Positions 46,486-56,662 are shown, numbered from the stretch's first letter. The stretch is DNA of 64,000 nt from an uncultured Thermococci archaeon (GCA_964595645.1 CAZQQT010000004.1:143153-207152), one strand, 5' to 3'. The notes: generated by a model not told the origin, from the sequence alone. Made by a program: numbers and translations.

Positions 46486-48114
46486 ATGATTGAGGAGTAT
46501 TTTGAGCAATTAGCTGCGCGCATCCGTCATTCATACACGAAGAGTAAATTCTCCCGTATCGGAGATCGTTTTTTCTCGTGGGTCACATCGTTTCCGCCGT
46601 TACGATACGTTGGATCGCGCGACATCCCGACAAAATACTTCCACCCCCTCATCTTCGTAGTCTTGTTCCTCGTGTTCTTGGGACTCTCCGACAGCCCACT
46701 GTCTTCGTACGGAACACTAACCGTGTTCCTGGGACTCGGCGCATTTATCCTTGGCACGGTGGTGCGATTTCGTGAGATACGTCTTCCAGAGAAGCTCTTT
46801 TACCCTCTTGTCATCGCTTTTTTTGCGTGTATGGCACTGATGTCCTTCGACTGGAGCATCTTCTCAAAGCTCGGCCTCATTCCCTTCACACTGATCTATT
46901 TCTCTCAAAAACGGTACTCCTTTGAAATTTACTTGACATCCTTCATTGTGTTCATACTCCTCTTCTTCAGAGTAGGCTACTGGGCGATTACCGTCCCCTA
47001 CGTTTTTGTCTCGCTCATTTTCATGGCACGGTCGCTGAAGTACAATGAACAGTACCACATGGAAAAACTGAAACACTCCCTGCTCCTCTTCGCCTTCCTC
47101 CTCCCCTTCAGCCAGTACCCCTCCATCGTCCCCTTCATTCTCACCTTCTGGATCTTCCTCTTCATCTACTACCTCGTCACCCTCGTAGTTGTGGGGAGCC
47201 ATGGGACTCTCCACGACATCATCACGGGGAACCTCTGGACGCTGACCGTCCTCCTCATTGGTATCGGCACGCTGTACTGGGCGCTCGATCTGCTCGCCTA
47301 CGGGGGGATCCCTCTCCTGCAGCCGCTGGGACGGGGGACACTCAACCCCTGGTACACCATGGCCGCCCACCTCCTCCCCCTCGGCACGATCCTTCTCGTC
47401 TCGCTCACCGGCATCGAGATGGAGAACACCCGGGCGCGGTGCGTCTCGTTGGTGTTCGTCACCGTGGCACTGCTCACCATGGCCGCTCTGGGGTACAGGA
47501 CACAGATCGCGTTGATCGTCCTCGGCGTGCTCATTGCCGCCGGGTTCACTAAATTAGTTACATTAGAAGAGATCACCGTCCTCGGCGGTCTCGGTGCCGC
47601 TGGACTCATCGCGATGACCGCGTTGCGGAACATCATCCTGCAGACAACGATCTCGGTGATAGACGCTGTGCGGTACAGAATCGGTCTCACACTCACCAGC
47701 TACGATATTCTCGCAGATCTCGGTGGAATCAAGGGATTCACCCACGGATTTGTCCATATGGCCTCGTACCCACCACTGGCAAACCTGATGCCAGGCATCG
47801 CCTACTCTCCCAGACGGTACATCGGTGTGATCGTGGGTGCGGAGAACGTCTCCATCACCTCAACGATTATGGGCCCCCTCGTTATCGACTTCGGAATTCT
47901 CGGTGTGGTTGCCGGGATGTTCTTTCTAGGATACCTCCTCTCAAAGACGCACAGACTCATTGAAAAGACAGATGGAAGAGAGAAGGCCCTGTTCATTGGC
48001 CTCTACGCGGTGCTCCTCGGGTACACCATCACCGGCATAGAAACGGGCCTTGTGGACTTTGAGGTGCTGCTCGTCTTCTTCCTGAGCTTTCTCTACGTCC
48101 TCTACCGGGATTAA
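46486..48114 (+). CDS. Oligosaccharide repeat-unit polymerase (Wzy-like) family membrane protein
   Basis: Many TM; GGIPL, GYRT, R...T...YD, SIT.T..G....DFG..G motifs. Confidence 0.75.
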   Translation: MIEEYFEQLAARIRHSYTKSKFSRIGDRFFSWVTSFPPLRYVGSRDIPTKYFHPLIFVVLFLVFLGLSDSPLSSYGTLTVFLGLGAFILGTVVRFREIRLPEKLFYPLVIAFFACMALMSFDWSIFSKLGLIPFTLIYFSQKRYSFEIYLTSFIVFILLFFRVGYWAITVPYVFVSLIFMARSLKYNEQYHMEKLKHSLLLFAFLLPFSQYPSIVPFILTFWIFLFIYYLVTLVVVGSHGTLHDIITGNLWTLTVLLIGIGTLYWALDLLAYGGIPLLQPLGRGTLNPWYTMAAHLLPLGTILLVSLTGIEMENTRARCVSLVFVTVALLTMAALGYRTQIALIVLGVLIAAGFTKLVTLEEITVLGGLGAAGLIAMTALRNIILQTTISVIDAVRYRIGLTLTSYDILADLGGIKGFTHGFVHMASYPPLANLMPGIAYSPRRYIGVIVGAENVSITSTIMGPLVIDFGILGVVAGMFFLGYLLSKTHRLIEKTDGREKALFIGLYAVLLGYTITGIETGLVDFEVLLVFFLSFLYVLYRD

Positions 48115-48884
48115 GACTCGTCTCCCGCAGGAACGACCTCGAGATGGATCTCCCGTTCGTCCATCACAAACTCCTTCCAGAGGAGCTCCACCGTCAGCAC
48201 ATACTCCACGCGGGTGCTGCCAGGGGCGAGATCGCTGGTGAGATAAAAAGTCTTTCTGATCTCCTCGTTGTACAGGAGCGACTCATCGATATGGTAGACG
48301 TACAGTCCATCGATTTCTTCGATGCCCTCTCTGTCCACGGTGTAGTACTTGTATCCCGAGGTGAACTGGATGGTGAGGTTCTCAATGCCGATCTTTTCTT
48401 TGTTCTTCACAGCCACTGAGATATACTTCGTCGACTTCGCGCCAACTTTCATCTCGCTGGGCGTAATCTCCTGTATCACGACCTCAGGTTTTTTCACGGT
48501 GATCGCCACATCCTTGGTCGTTCGTTCCTCCGACTGCACCACGATGGTGAGTATTACCTCCTGTGCGGTCTTTTCCACATTTTTGGCGCGTATTTCTGTG
48601 GTAAAACTGCCCGCACCGCCGGCATCGAGCGTCTCGGTGAAGGTGGCATTTGTATCTACGTACTGTGATTCTATGGAGATGTCACACGTCCTCTGCTCCT
48701 CTGTGGTGTTTCGCACCGTGAACGTGAGTGTTCCCGCCTCCCCCACGAGGATCTCCTTGGGCGTTTCCTGTACCGTGATTTCCATCTCGCTCTCTTTCGT
48801 CATGGTCGTATACACGTAGTACGCTCCAATCACGAGGCAGATGAGGATGACAGCGTAAAAATACTGCCGAAGTTTTTCGTTCAT
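48111..48884 (-). CDS. Membrane-anchored Ig-like (CARDB-like) protein
   Basis: N-terminal TM, two beta-sandwich-like units (T.TV.N; V.VKN). Confidence 0.6.
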   Translation of the reverse strand: MNEKLRQYFYAVILICLVIGAYYVYTTMTKESEMEITVQETPKEILVGEAGTLTFTVRNTTEEQRTCDISIESQYVDTNATFTETLDAGGAGSFTTEIRAKNVEKTAQEVILTIVVQSEERTTKDVAITVKKPEVVIQEITPSEMKVGAKSTKYISVAVKNKEKIGIENLTIQFTSGYKYYTVDREGIEEIDGLYVYHIDESLLYNEEIRKTFYLTSDLAPGSTRVEYVLTVELLWKEFVMDEREIHLEVVPAGDES

Positions 48885-48891
48885 GGAAGTA

Positions 48892-49491
48892 CTACCTGGT
48901 GAGCATATTTAAATCTTTATGTCCCACGGACATGATGTAGAGAGGATCAAGAACGATATCCAGCACTTCTCTCACCCGTTCATCGTTGAAGGCGCCCACG
49001 GCCACAGTACCGAGTCCCAGTGCCTCACACGCGAGGTACACGTTCTGTCCCACATGGCCCACCTCCATGTGCACATACCGTGCACCCCGATCACCGTACC
49101 GATCGGTGGTCCGTTCGAAATCAGCGGCGATGATGAGGTTCAGCGGTGCTACCTCGATGAATCGCTGGGTTAACGCTGCGTCGCAGAGCTCCTCTCGGAG
49201 ATCATCATCATTGATACACTCTAATCGATGCTCGATGTGCTCGTAGGAGTAGAATCCCGTCTCAACACCATTCACTTCTCCCACCAGCACGAATAGTTCC
49301 AGTGGGTACCTCGCCCCGGCAGAGGGGACCGTTCTCCTGAACTGGGATTTCCCTATGGATGCCCAGAGCAGAGCCGAAAGATCGGTAAGTTCCAGCGGTG
49401 TGTCGGTGAACTTCCTGATCGAGCGTCTCCCATACAGCAGTTCCTCGATATCTCCTTCGAGATGTGGATCGGGAAGATCAATTCGTTTCAT
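48892..49491 (-). CDS. SagB/ThcOx-family nitroreductase-like dehydrogenase
   Basis: RRSIR.F, RTVPSAGARYPLE, Y..RG.RY..ME.GH..QN.YL, GAF.D. Confidence 0.9.
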   Translation of the reverse strand: MKRIDLPDPHLEGDIEELLYGRRSIRKFTDTPLELTDLSALLWASIGKSQFRRTVPSAGARYPLELFVLVGEVNGVETGFYSYEHIEHRLECINDDDLREELCDAALTQRFIEVAPLNLIIAADFERTTDRYGDRGARYVHMEVGHVGQNVYLACEALGLGTVAVGAFNDERVREVLDIVLDPLYIMSVGHKDLNMLTR

Positions 49492-49565
49492 ACTGTATAT
49501 CGCAACACGGATCATTATAAATCTTTCACAAGAATGTTTTTATTGGGGGGGTGGTACTATATACT

Positions 49566-50318
49566 ATGGAGTACGTGAAGACAGGAATCAAGACGCTGGA
49601 TACTCTCCTCCCCAATGGTATTCCCCGGGACAACTTCATCGGTCTTTTTGGTGAGGGAGGTACCGGTAAATCAGTGATTCTCTACGAGATATTCTACAAC
49701 CGCCTTGCCACGGGAGAACCGGGCATCTACATCTGTCTTGAGGATATCCCACCATCCATCATGCGCCATATGGAAAATTTCGGATGGGATATCTCACAGT
49801 TTACGGGGTGTTTTAAGTTTCTGGACTGCTACTCCTTTAGAATGGGAGCCAGAAAATCCTCCGAAATCGCTGAGATAGTACGGCAGCCCTCGGATCTCGA
49901 CTCGTTAACGGATGCACTTTTTGACATGATGGACGAGCTGAATATGGAGGAAACGGGGATCGTCGTGGTGGACTCGCTGACTGAGTTGATGATCACCTCC
50001 AACGTTCCCGAAATGGTGGATATGGTGAAGGACTGGAGAGCCAAGGGGCCGAAGGCAAAGAGTGTGACCTTTATCTCCTCCGTTCATTACGGACTTGATA
50101 TCTATAAAAATGTCGTGGAAACCTTTGATTACATTATGGATGGATTAATTGACCTCAGATACGATCCAGGGGGCATGAAAAAGGGTTACCTCCTCAAAGA
50201 GCTGCGAATCCGAAAAATGAAAGGAACGGTCCATAAAACAAACTGGACACCATTTGAAATAACAGGGGGGGGAATGAAAACGATTGAAACGGACGAGAAA
50301 GATCCAGAAAAACGGTGA
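49566..50318 (+). CDS. RAD55/KaiC-like single-domain ATPase
   Basis: KTGI..LD.LL..G, Walker A GEGGTGKS, VVDSLT, DG.IDL, IRKMKG. Confidence 0.88.
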   Translation: MEYVKTGIKTLDTLLPNGIPRDNFIGLFGEGGTGKSVILYEIFYNRLATGEPGIYICLEDIPPSIMRHMENFGWDISQFTGCFKFLDCYSFRMGARKSSEIAEIVRQPSDLDSLTDALFDMMDELNMEETGIVVVDSLTELMITSNVPEMVDMVKDWRAKGPKAKSVTFISSVHYGLDIYKNVVETFDYIMDGLIDLRYDPGGMKKGYLLKELRIRKMKGTVHKTNWTPFEITGGGMKTIETDEKDPEKR

Positions 50319-50326
50319 GAATCCCT

Positions 50327-51076
50327 TCACGGCTCTTCTGCGAGGTTGTTCCACATATACTCGAAGTTCTCCCGTACCCATTCAATACATTTCTCATTCT
50401 TTGTAACAATCACCGCATCCCAGCCGGGCGTATTGTTGGTGGTGCGGAAGCCGAAGAGTGAGAATTTGTCATCGACGTACTGGAGCCCCATATAATGGTG
50501 GGGATCCTCAATCACTTTTATTTCAACATCAGCAAGTTTTGTTGCAATTTTTAAAAATATATTACTTTTTTCGTATCCTTCTTTGGAGAGGAGGACACGA
50601 CTTTTTAATCTCTGTTTTAATGCTGTAATTGAGTGCATTAGACCGGGTCTAGATAACAAAGGTGCGGACACACCAATTTCTCTTTTTTCTGCATATGTCT
50701 GTATTTCAAGTCCCTTTGCAATGATATCACTAAATCGATTTGCAAAATCTGGTTTTCCGATGAGTGAGAAATCATCGGCTATCATAAATTTCTTGAGAAG
50801 CTCATCCGGCATGACCGAAGGAATTCGTGTCCTGAAAAACTCAAAGAGATCTGTTCGTGTCGTTATCTTCTTATAGGCCTCTTGTTTCCCCAGTGCCACG
50901 ATTTTTCCGAGAAGCGTGAGTGCATAACTTTCATTTTTATTGGAGAATATGAGCCCATTTTCTTCCATTTCTTGTAGTGTTGGACGAATCCTTTCTTCAT
51001 CCACTTCTTTTTTCAGCTTATTGAACTTCAGTTCGCGGTGTGAGAGGGCATGCAGGATCTTTTCATTCATGGTCAT
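50327..51076 (-). CDS. Winged-HTH/DUF1724-like transcriptional regulator (paralog B)
   Basis: N-terminal wHTH (L.EM...GLI....Y.LT..G), IP..L, C-terminal W..E.FEY.W. Confidence 0.75.
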   Translation of the reverse strand: MTMNEKILHALSHRELKFNKLKKEVDEERIRPTLQEMEENGLIFSNKNESYALTLLGKIVALGKQEAYKKITTRTDLFEFFRTRIPSVMPDELLKKFMIADDFSLIGKPDFANRFSDIIAKGLEIQTYAEKREIGVSAPLLSRPGLMHSITALKQRLKSRVLLSKEGYEKSNIFLKIATKLADVEIKVIEDPHHYMGLQYVDDKFSLFGFRTTNNTPGWDAVIVTKNEKCIEWVRENFEYMWNNLAEEP

Positions 51077-51204
51077 ACCTCTCTAAGAAGTCAGTATTAT
51101 AATATCCCTTTGTGTTTAAAAAGTTTAGTATTTTCTTTTTAGCCCGTAAGTTAGTAAACCTTTTTATTTGCTTATAAAAAATCTTTTCAAGAGTATTCAA
51201 GCTT

Positions 51205-51957
51205 TCAGTCTTTTGGCTTTCTTGCCAGAGTGTTCCACATATACTCGAAGTTCTCCTGTACCCACGAGATACTCTCTTTGTTTTCGGTATGTATAAGTGC
51301 GTCCCACCCGGGGACCTCCTTCACATTGTGGAATCCAAAAATACAGTGTGGTTCATTGGTGCATACCATCCCCATATAGTGGTAAATATCCTTTATCACT
51401 TTTACTTTAAATTTCGTGACCTTTTCAGCTACTTTTAGAAAATTACTATTTTCTTCATACGCTTTTTTGGAGATAATAGCTCTTGTTCTCGTTCTTTTTA
51501 GGAAAGTTCCCAACATGTGAAATGTTCCAGGCTTAAACAATGATGGGGTTGAGACACACATCTCTTCTGTTGCATACGGCTGTATACTAAGCGCTTTACT
51601 CGTGAGTTCTTTCTGTCGTTCTACCATATCCGGTTTTCCGATGAGTGAGAAGTCATCAGCTACACAAAACTTCGTGAGAAGCTTATCGGGCATGACCGAA
51701 GGAATTCGGGTCCGGAAAAACTCAAAGAGATCCTCTCGTTCTGCTATCTCTTCATACACATCGTGTTTGTCCAGTGCGACGATTTTTCCGAGGAGCGTGA
51801 GTGCGTATTTTTCATTGTTATTGACAAAAATGAGGCCGTCATCTTCCATCTCGTGGAGGGATCGGAGAATTTTTTCCGCTTCTGCGTCCTTCTTAAGTTC
51901 GTTGATGCTCATCTCTCGAGAGGAGAGGTCATGCAGGATTTTTTCGTTCATGGTCAT
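51205..51957 (-). CDS. Winged-HTH/DUF1724-like transcriptional regulator (paralog A)
   Basis: Colinear paralog of 50327-51076; ATGA overlap with the UbiA gene. Confidence 0.75.
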   Translation of the reverse strand: MTMNEKILHDLSSREMSINELKKDAEAEKILRSLHEMEDDGLIFVNNNEKYALTLLGKIVALDKHDVYEEIAEREDLFEFFRTRIPSVMPDKLLTKFCVADDFSLIGKPDMVERQKELTSKALSIQPYATEEMCVSTPSLFKPGTFHMLGTFLKRTRTRAIISKKAYEENSNFLKVAEKVTKFKVKVIKDIYHYMGMVCTNEPHCIFGFHNVKEVPGWDALIHTENKESISWVQENFEYMWNTLARKPKD

Positions 51958-52838
51958 ACACTTCCTATAATGACTGCTACTATATATAGTGACATCCCCA
52001 TAAGAAGTTTTTCATTGCCCTGTCTACCTTCTTCAGGATCGAAGTGTATGAGAAATTTTCCATACACCATCAGAATCAACGCCACGACAATACCGCTCAA
52101 GATTGCATATGCGATATTGAAGTCTTGCGTGAAAACAGAGAGGAGAATTATCAGTGCTGCCAGTAGTCCCATGATCAAGGAGATAGTAAATGTGTTTTTA
52201 AGTCCTATTCTTGCAGGCAACGTTTTCACTCCAACAGCCTTTTCACCTTCTACATCATGAACGTCTGCGAGCATTTGGGAACATGCTGCTATCAAAAAAA
52301 GTACTGAGATGACCTCCCATGATGCTGACCCAACTGCCCAGCCTTGAAAAGCAACTGATCCTCCTAGAAACGCTGTGGGAAGTGCAAGTCCCACAGTAAA
52401 ATTCTTCAGTATTCCTCTTTTTCTCATCCGTATAGGTGGAATAGAGTAAATGATAGTTAAAAAAAGCCCGAAAAGGGCCACAATTATTAGAGGGATCTCT
52501 TTCACTTCGCTAAGGAGAGGTATAAGGACTATTAGCACAAACGCAAGTATATAATGGCCGATAACAGATTTTTTCGCTTCTTCGGGAGTAAGATCACCGG
52601 CAGGGAGAGGTGCATTCGGTCTAGCGATTTTATCTATTCTCCTATCAAAATAATCGTTTACAGGATGCGCAGTAATGAGTATTGCCCAAAATAGGAAACC
52701 TACTGCCAAAAAGGAATAAATTTGTATTATTTCACCTTGAGTAGCAACCATTGCACCTGCACAAGCGCTCAAAAAGGCCATAATGGCATATTGCGGACGT
52801 GACAACCACACATACGCCATAAATTTCTCTTTGTCCAT
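51954..52838 (-). CDS. UbiA-superfamily prenyltransferase
   Basis: RP, NDYFD..ID (Asp motif 1), YS.PP.R, D..D.EGE (motif 2), TLP..IG; ~9 TM; TATA-like box ~30 bp upstream of ATG 52838. Confidence 0.88.
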   Translation of the reverse strand: MDKEKFMAYVWLSRPQYAIMAFLSACAGAMVATQGEIIQIYSFLAVGFLFWAILITAHPVNDYFDRRIDKIARPNAPLPAGDLTPEEAKKSVIGHYILAFVLIVLIPLLSEVKEIPLIIVALFGLFLTIIYSIPPIRMRKRGILKNFTVGLALPTAFLGGSVAFQGWAVGSASWEVISVLFLIAACSQMLADVHDVEGEKAVGVKTLPARIGLKNTFTISLIMGLLAALIILLSVFTQDFNIAYAILSGIVVALILMVYGKFLIHFDPEEGRQGNEKLLMGMSLYIVAVIIGSV

Positions 52839-53004
52839 ATAAACATCTCGACATATTAGTGAAAGCTTAATATTTAAAGTTTTCGGTATTGTTCTATAGA
52901 AGTAACACACCCTACACGACCCGCAAATCGCGACATATGCCATCCATTTCCCTTTTTCATCGCCTATACAAAACCTTATAAACCTCATCATATAGTTCCT
53001 TTCG

Positions 53005-54249
53005 ATGAAAAAAGATGTGGCGAAACATAAACTGAGGAAAATGTTAGAAAGACTCTCCGAGTATCGAGGGAGAAATACAGAACTCGTCTCGCTCTACATT
53101 CCAGCAGGGTATCCCATGCCAAAGGTTTCTCAACTGCTCACAGATGAAGCCAGCACGGCAGCGAACATCAAGTCAAAATCAACACGAAAAAACGTACTCG
53201 CCGCACTTGAAAAAATATCACAACATCTGAAACTGTATAATCAGACGCCCGAGAACGGGCTTGTCATTTTTTGTGGAAACGTCTCCCCACGGCAGGGGAC
53301 TCCTGATTATGAACTTTTTTCACTGGAACCTCCTGAACCGATCTCCACACGGCTCTACCGGTGTGATCAGGAGTTTGTGCTCGATCCGCTGAAGGAGCTG
53401 GTAGAAGAAAAGGATATTTACGGACTGCTCATTATGGAGCGAAATGAGGCCACCATCGGAAAGCTTAAAGGAAAAAGGGTGGAGCAGCTCGATCACATGA
53501 CCTCGGGAGTCCCAGGAAAAACACGAGCCGGTGGACAGTCCGCCGCCCGGTTTGAACGATTACGAGAGCAAGCTGATCACGAGTTCAGAGTGAGGGTAGG
53601 AAAACACTTCAACAACCTCTTTCTTGACAAACTCGATGATCTAAAGGGTATCCTTGTAGGAGGTCCCGGATTGACCAAAGAGAAGTTCTTAAAAGGTGAT
53701 TTTCTGGATTACAGGCTTCAAGAGAAGGTGATCAACGCCTTCGATACCGTTTACACAGAGGAGTACGGACTGAGAGAACTGGTGGATAAAGCCTCCGACA
53801 CCCTTCAGAAACTGGACGTAATGAGGGAGAAAAAGATCATGCAAAAATTCTTTGAAAAATTGAAAAATGAGGATAGAATGGTGGCCTACGGTGAAGAAGA
53901 AGTGACACAGGCACTGACACTTGGTGCCGTGGAAGATCTTCTCCTCTCCGAAGCCTTGAACCTATGGAAGGTCACCCTTTCCTGTTCCTGCGGTTACGAG
54001 GAATCCATGACTAAAACAGAGAAAGAGGTAGAGGAACTGGAAGAGAATCTCTCGAATATGCCGTGTCCAGAGTGCAACAACGCACAGGTAGAGATTGCAG
54101 AAAAAAAAGAACTGGAAGATGAACTCTCGGCAATGGCCGATAACATCGGTGCGGAGGTCCACTTTATTTCAACAGAGACCGAAGAGGGAACGCAACTCTA
54201 CGAAGCGTTTGGAGGAATTGCAGCTGTTCTCCGATTTCAAATAAGGTGA
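53005..54249 (+). CDS. prf1: Archaeal peptide chain release factor aRF1
   Basis: TELVSLYIP, ANIKS, YRCD, GGQSAARF, Zn-ribbon insert, AFGGIAA.LRF. Confidence 0.97.
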   Translation: MKKDVAKHKLRKMLERLSEYRGRNTELVSLYIPAGYPMPKVSQLLTDEASTAANIKSKSTRKNVLAALEKISQHLKLYNQTPENGLVIFCGNVSPRQGTPDYELFSLEPPEPISTRLYRCDQEFVLDPLKELVEEKDIYGLLIMERNEATIGKLKGKRVEQLDHMTSGVPGKTRAGGQSAARFERLREQADHEFRVRVGKHFNNLFLDKLDDLKGILVGGPGLTKEKFLKGDFLDYRLQEKVINAFDTVYTEEYGLRELVDKASDTLQKLDVMREKKIMQKFFEKLKNEDRMVAYGEEEVTQALTLGAVEDLLLSEALNLWKVTLSCSCGYEESMTKTEKEVEELEENLSNMPCPECNNAQVEIAEKKELEDELSAMADNIGAEVHFISTETEEGTQLYEAFGGIAAVLRFQIR

Positions 54250-56009
54250 AAAAAATGTATAACGACGCTAAAAACCTTCTCCAGCCGATTGTCGGAGAGA
54301 GAGAAATCGTATTTTCTGATACACCCGATCCAGCCATGGGGGACTTCTCAACGACGATAGCCTTTGATCTCGCAGATGAATGGAAAAGCAATCCAAAAAA
54401 GATCGCTGAAGAGATTATATCCAAGGTAGACATAAAAAAGGCACGATACATCAAAGAAATAAAAAATATAGGGCCGTACATCAACTTTTTTGTGGATTAC
54501 AATACGTTTGGAGAAGATCTCCTGAAACAAATCCACCATGAAGAATGGGGAATAGAAAAAAAGGATGAAAAGGTGATCATCGAACACACCTCCACCAACC
54601 CCAACAAACCCCTCCATATGGGTCATCTCCGCAACGCCATCCTCGGTGACACACTGGCCAGGATTCACCGGTTTCTCGGATACCCCACCGAGGTCCAGAA
54701 CTATATCGACGATCTCGGCATCCAAGTGGCAAAAACGCTCTGGGGGTACAACAACCTCGAGATACATGAGGATAAAAAATTCGATCACCTGCTGGGAGAC
54801 ACGTACGTTCGCGTCGAAGATATCAAAACTGACGAAATGGAACAGGAAATACGAGAATTAAATAAAAAAATGGAGGAAGATGCCTCTATCTCACGACCCT
54901 TCGTGGAGAAATGTTTGCAGGCACAGCTGGAGACACTCGCAACACTTCACATCGGGTACGACGTCCTCATCTTCGAAAGTGATCTCATCCAGTCCGGGAT
55001 CTTTGCAGACGCGTATGAGAAGATACAGGAGAGCAGCGGAATTGTGCTGGAGCAAACGGGGCCGAATCAGGGGTGCCTTGTGATGAAACTCGGTGATGTT
55101 TTCCCGCAGATGAAAAATCCGGATAAAATACTGATACGGTCCGACGGCACCGCCACCTACACCGGGAAAGATATCGCATACCACCTCTGGAAGTACGGAT
55201 TGGTGGAAAAGAATATGCAGTACCGCAGCTGGGACACGCTCTTCCTCTCCTCCCCTGAGGGAGAAAAGAAGACATTCGGCCATGGGGATATTGTCATCAA
55301 TGTCATCGGTGTCGAGCAGACGTACCCCCAGGAGATAGTGAAACGCTCATTAGAACTTTTGGGGTACACGATCCAAGCTGAAAACTTCTACCATCTCTCT
55401 TACGAACATGTCTCCCTCCCTGAGGAGAAGTTCTCGGGGAGAAAGGGCACGTGGCGAGGATATACCGGTGACGAGCTCCTTGCGGAGGCTGTGACAAAAG
55501 CGAAGGAGGAGGTAGAATCCAGAAGACCTGAACTTTCGGAAAAGAAAAAGGAGCGTATTGCCACGGCTGTTGCATCGGGTGCTGTGAGGTACAACATCGT
55601 CAAGTACGCACCGGAAAAGAAGATCATCTTCAGATGGGAGGACGCGTTGAACCTCGAGGGTGATTCCTCCCCGTACATCCAGTACGCGCACGCACGATGC
55701 TGCGGTATCCTGGAAAAGGCGGAACTCACAGACTTCGATCCTGATTTCACGGATCGGGAAGAACAGGAGCTGATCACAACGCTCTATAAATTTACTATCG
55801 AGATAGAGAGAGCTTGTGATCTCAAAAAGCCTCATCTCCTTGCAAAATATCTCAATACGCTTGCCACCGCATTCAACTCTTTTTATAACTCAGTGAAGGT
55901 CCTGGAATCGGAGAAAGAAGCCCAGAGATTGGCAGTGGTAAAAGCTGTTCAGGTCACGCTCAAGACAGGGTTATCCCTCCTTGGAATCGAGGCCTTGGAA
56001 GAGATGTGA
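54246..56009 (+). CDS. argS: Arginine--tRNA ligase
   Basis: GD.S, GPYINF, EHTSTNPNKPLHMGHLRN, RSDGT..Y, FSGRKG, YIQYAHAR, FY..V. Confidence 0.96.
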   Translation: MKKMYNDAKNLLQPIVGEREIVFSDTPDPAMGDFSTTIAFDLADEWKSNPKKIAEEIISKVDIKKARYIKEIKNIGPYINFFVDYNTFGEDLLKQIHHEEWGIEKKDEKVIIEHTSTNPNKPLHMGHLRNAILGDTLARIHRFLGYPTEVQNYIDDLGIQVAKTLWGYNNLEIHEDKKFDHLLGDTYVRVEDIKTDEMEQEIRELNKKMEEDASISRPFVEKCLQAQLETLATLHIGYDVLIFESDLIQSGIFADAYEKIQESSGIVLEQTGPNQGCLVMKLGDVFPQMKNPDKILIRSDGTATYTGKDIAYHLWKYGLVEKNMQYRSWDTLFLSSPEGEKKTFGHGDIVINVIGVEQTYPQEIVKRSLELLGYTIQAENFYHLSYEHVSLPEEKFSGRKGTWRGYTGDELLAEAVTKAKEEVESRRPELSEKKKERIATAVASGAVRYNIVKYAPEKKIIFRWEDALNLEGDSSPYIQYAHARCCGILEKAELTDFDPDFTDREEQELITTLYKFTIEIERACDLKKPHLLAKYLNTLATAFNSFYNSVKVLESEKEAQRLAVVKAVQVTLKTGLSLLGIEALEEM

Positions 56010-56168
56010 TCACGTCTTATACTGTTCCTTCTCCTTTCCTTTTCCTGGAACGCAGTTTTTGCAGACTCCCATATTCAGTCGGTAGCATGATGGACAGACC
56101 GTTTTTCCGCAGAGAATACACGTCCGCGTAATTTCAGTATGTTTCCTACATATTTCGCACTGCGTCAC
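56010..56168 (-). CDS. 52-aa Zn-finger protein with four CxxC pairs (not in the ORF track)
   Basis: MTQCEICRKHTEITRTCILCGKTVCPSCYRLNMGVCKNCVPGKGKEKEQYKT; GGAGGTG RBS; GTGA overlap with the carS stop. Confidence 0.8.
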   Translation of the reverse strand: MTQCEICRKHTEITRTCILCGKTVCPSCYRLNMGVCKNCVPGKGKEKEQYKT

Positions 56169-56662
56169 CACGGCACCTCCTTCAGTTTCAGTTTGTACCC
56201 CATATAATTTGTGGAAAAATGAAGAATCGGTGTGATAATCATCAACATCACAACAAGCTCCACAGTAAGATCTAAAAGAGGATACGAAAGAATCAACGCA
56301 CCAACTACGAAATCCAATTGATCCAGAAAAGGTAACGGTGATCCGCGTTTCATCCGTACTCTCCTCTTAAAAAAACTTTCAACGAGATCGCCCACGATCG
56401 CACCGAAAGACAACAAAAATCCCAGTTTCAGCGAGAACGGGAGAGTATACTGTGAAAAGAATGACTGTATCACGCAGATAAGGGTACCAAAACACGTGCC
56501 GGCAACTGCCCCCCGTATCGTCACCCCATCACCGAGAAGTCGTCGACCGTCGAGAAATAACCGGTGAAAGTCCAACGGCTTCCCACCGCCGAAGGTGCAC
56601 GCAGTGATATTCGCAATGTACGCAGGGAGGATTAGCCATACCGCACGTATAACCTCATTCAT
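56165..56662 (-). CDS. carS: CDP-archaeol synthase
   Basis: PAYIAN, GG.P.D....DG.R.LG.G.T..G, GDL..SF.KRR, DQLDF, K.VPW. Confidence 0.93.
   Translation of the reverse strand: MNEVIRAVWLILPAYIANITACTFGGGKPLDFHRLFLDGRRLLGDGVTIRGAVAGTCFGTLICVIQSFFSQYTLPFSLKLGFLLSFGAIVGDLVESFFKRRVRMKRGSPLPFLDQLDFVVGALILSYPLLDLTVELVVMLMIITPILHFSTNYMGYKLKLKEVPW

Noticed and set aside
48892-49491. RiPP (TOMM) cluster suggested by the SagB-like gene
   Set aside because: No YcaO, E1-like protein or precursor peptide nearby; stand-alone SagB-like nitroreductases are common in archaea
49566-50318. Circadian KaiC
   Set aside because: Single ATPase domain, no KaiA/B; ordinary archaeal RAD55/KaiC-like family
56010-56168. 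Ribosomal Zn-finger protein (L40e/L37e/S27-like)
   Set aside because: Eight Cys in four CxxC pairs and no matching basic motifs
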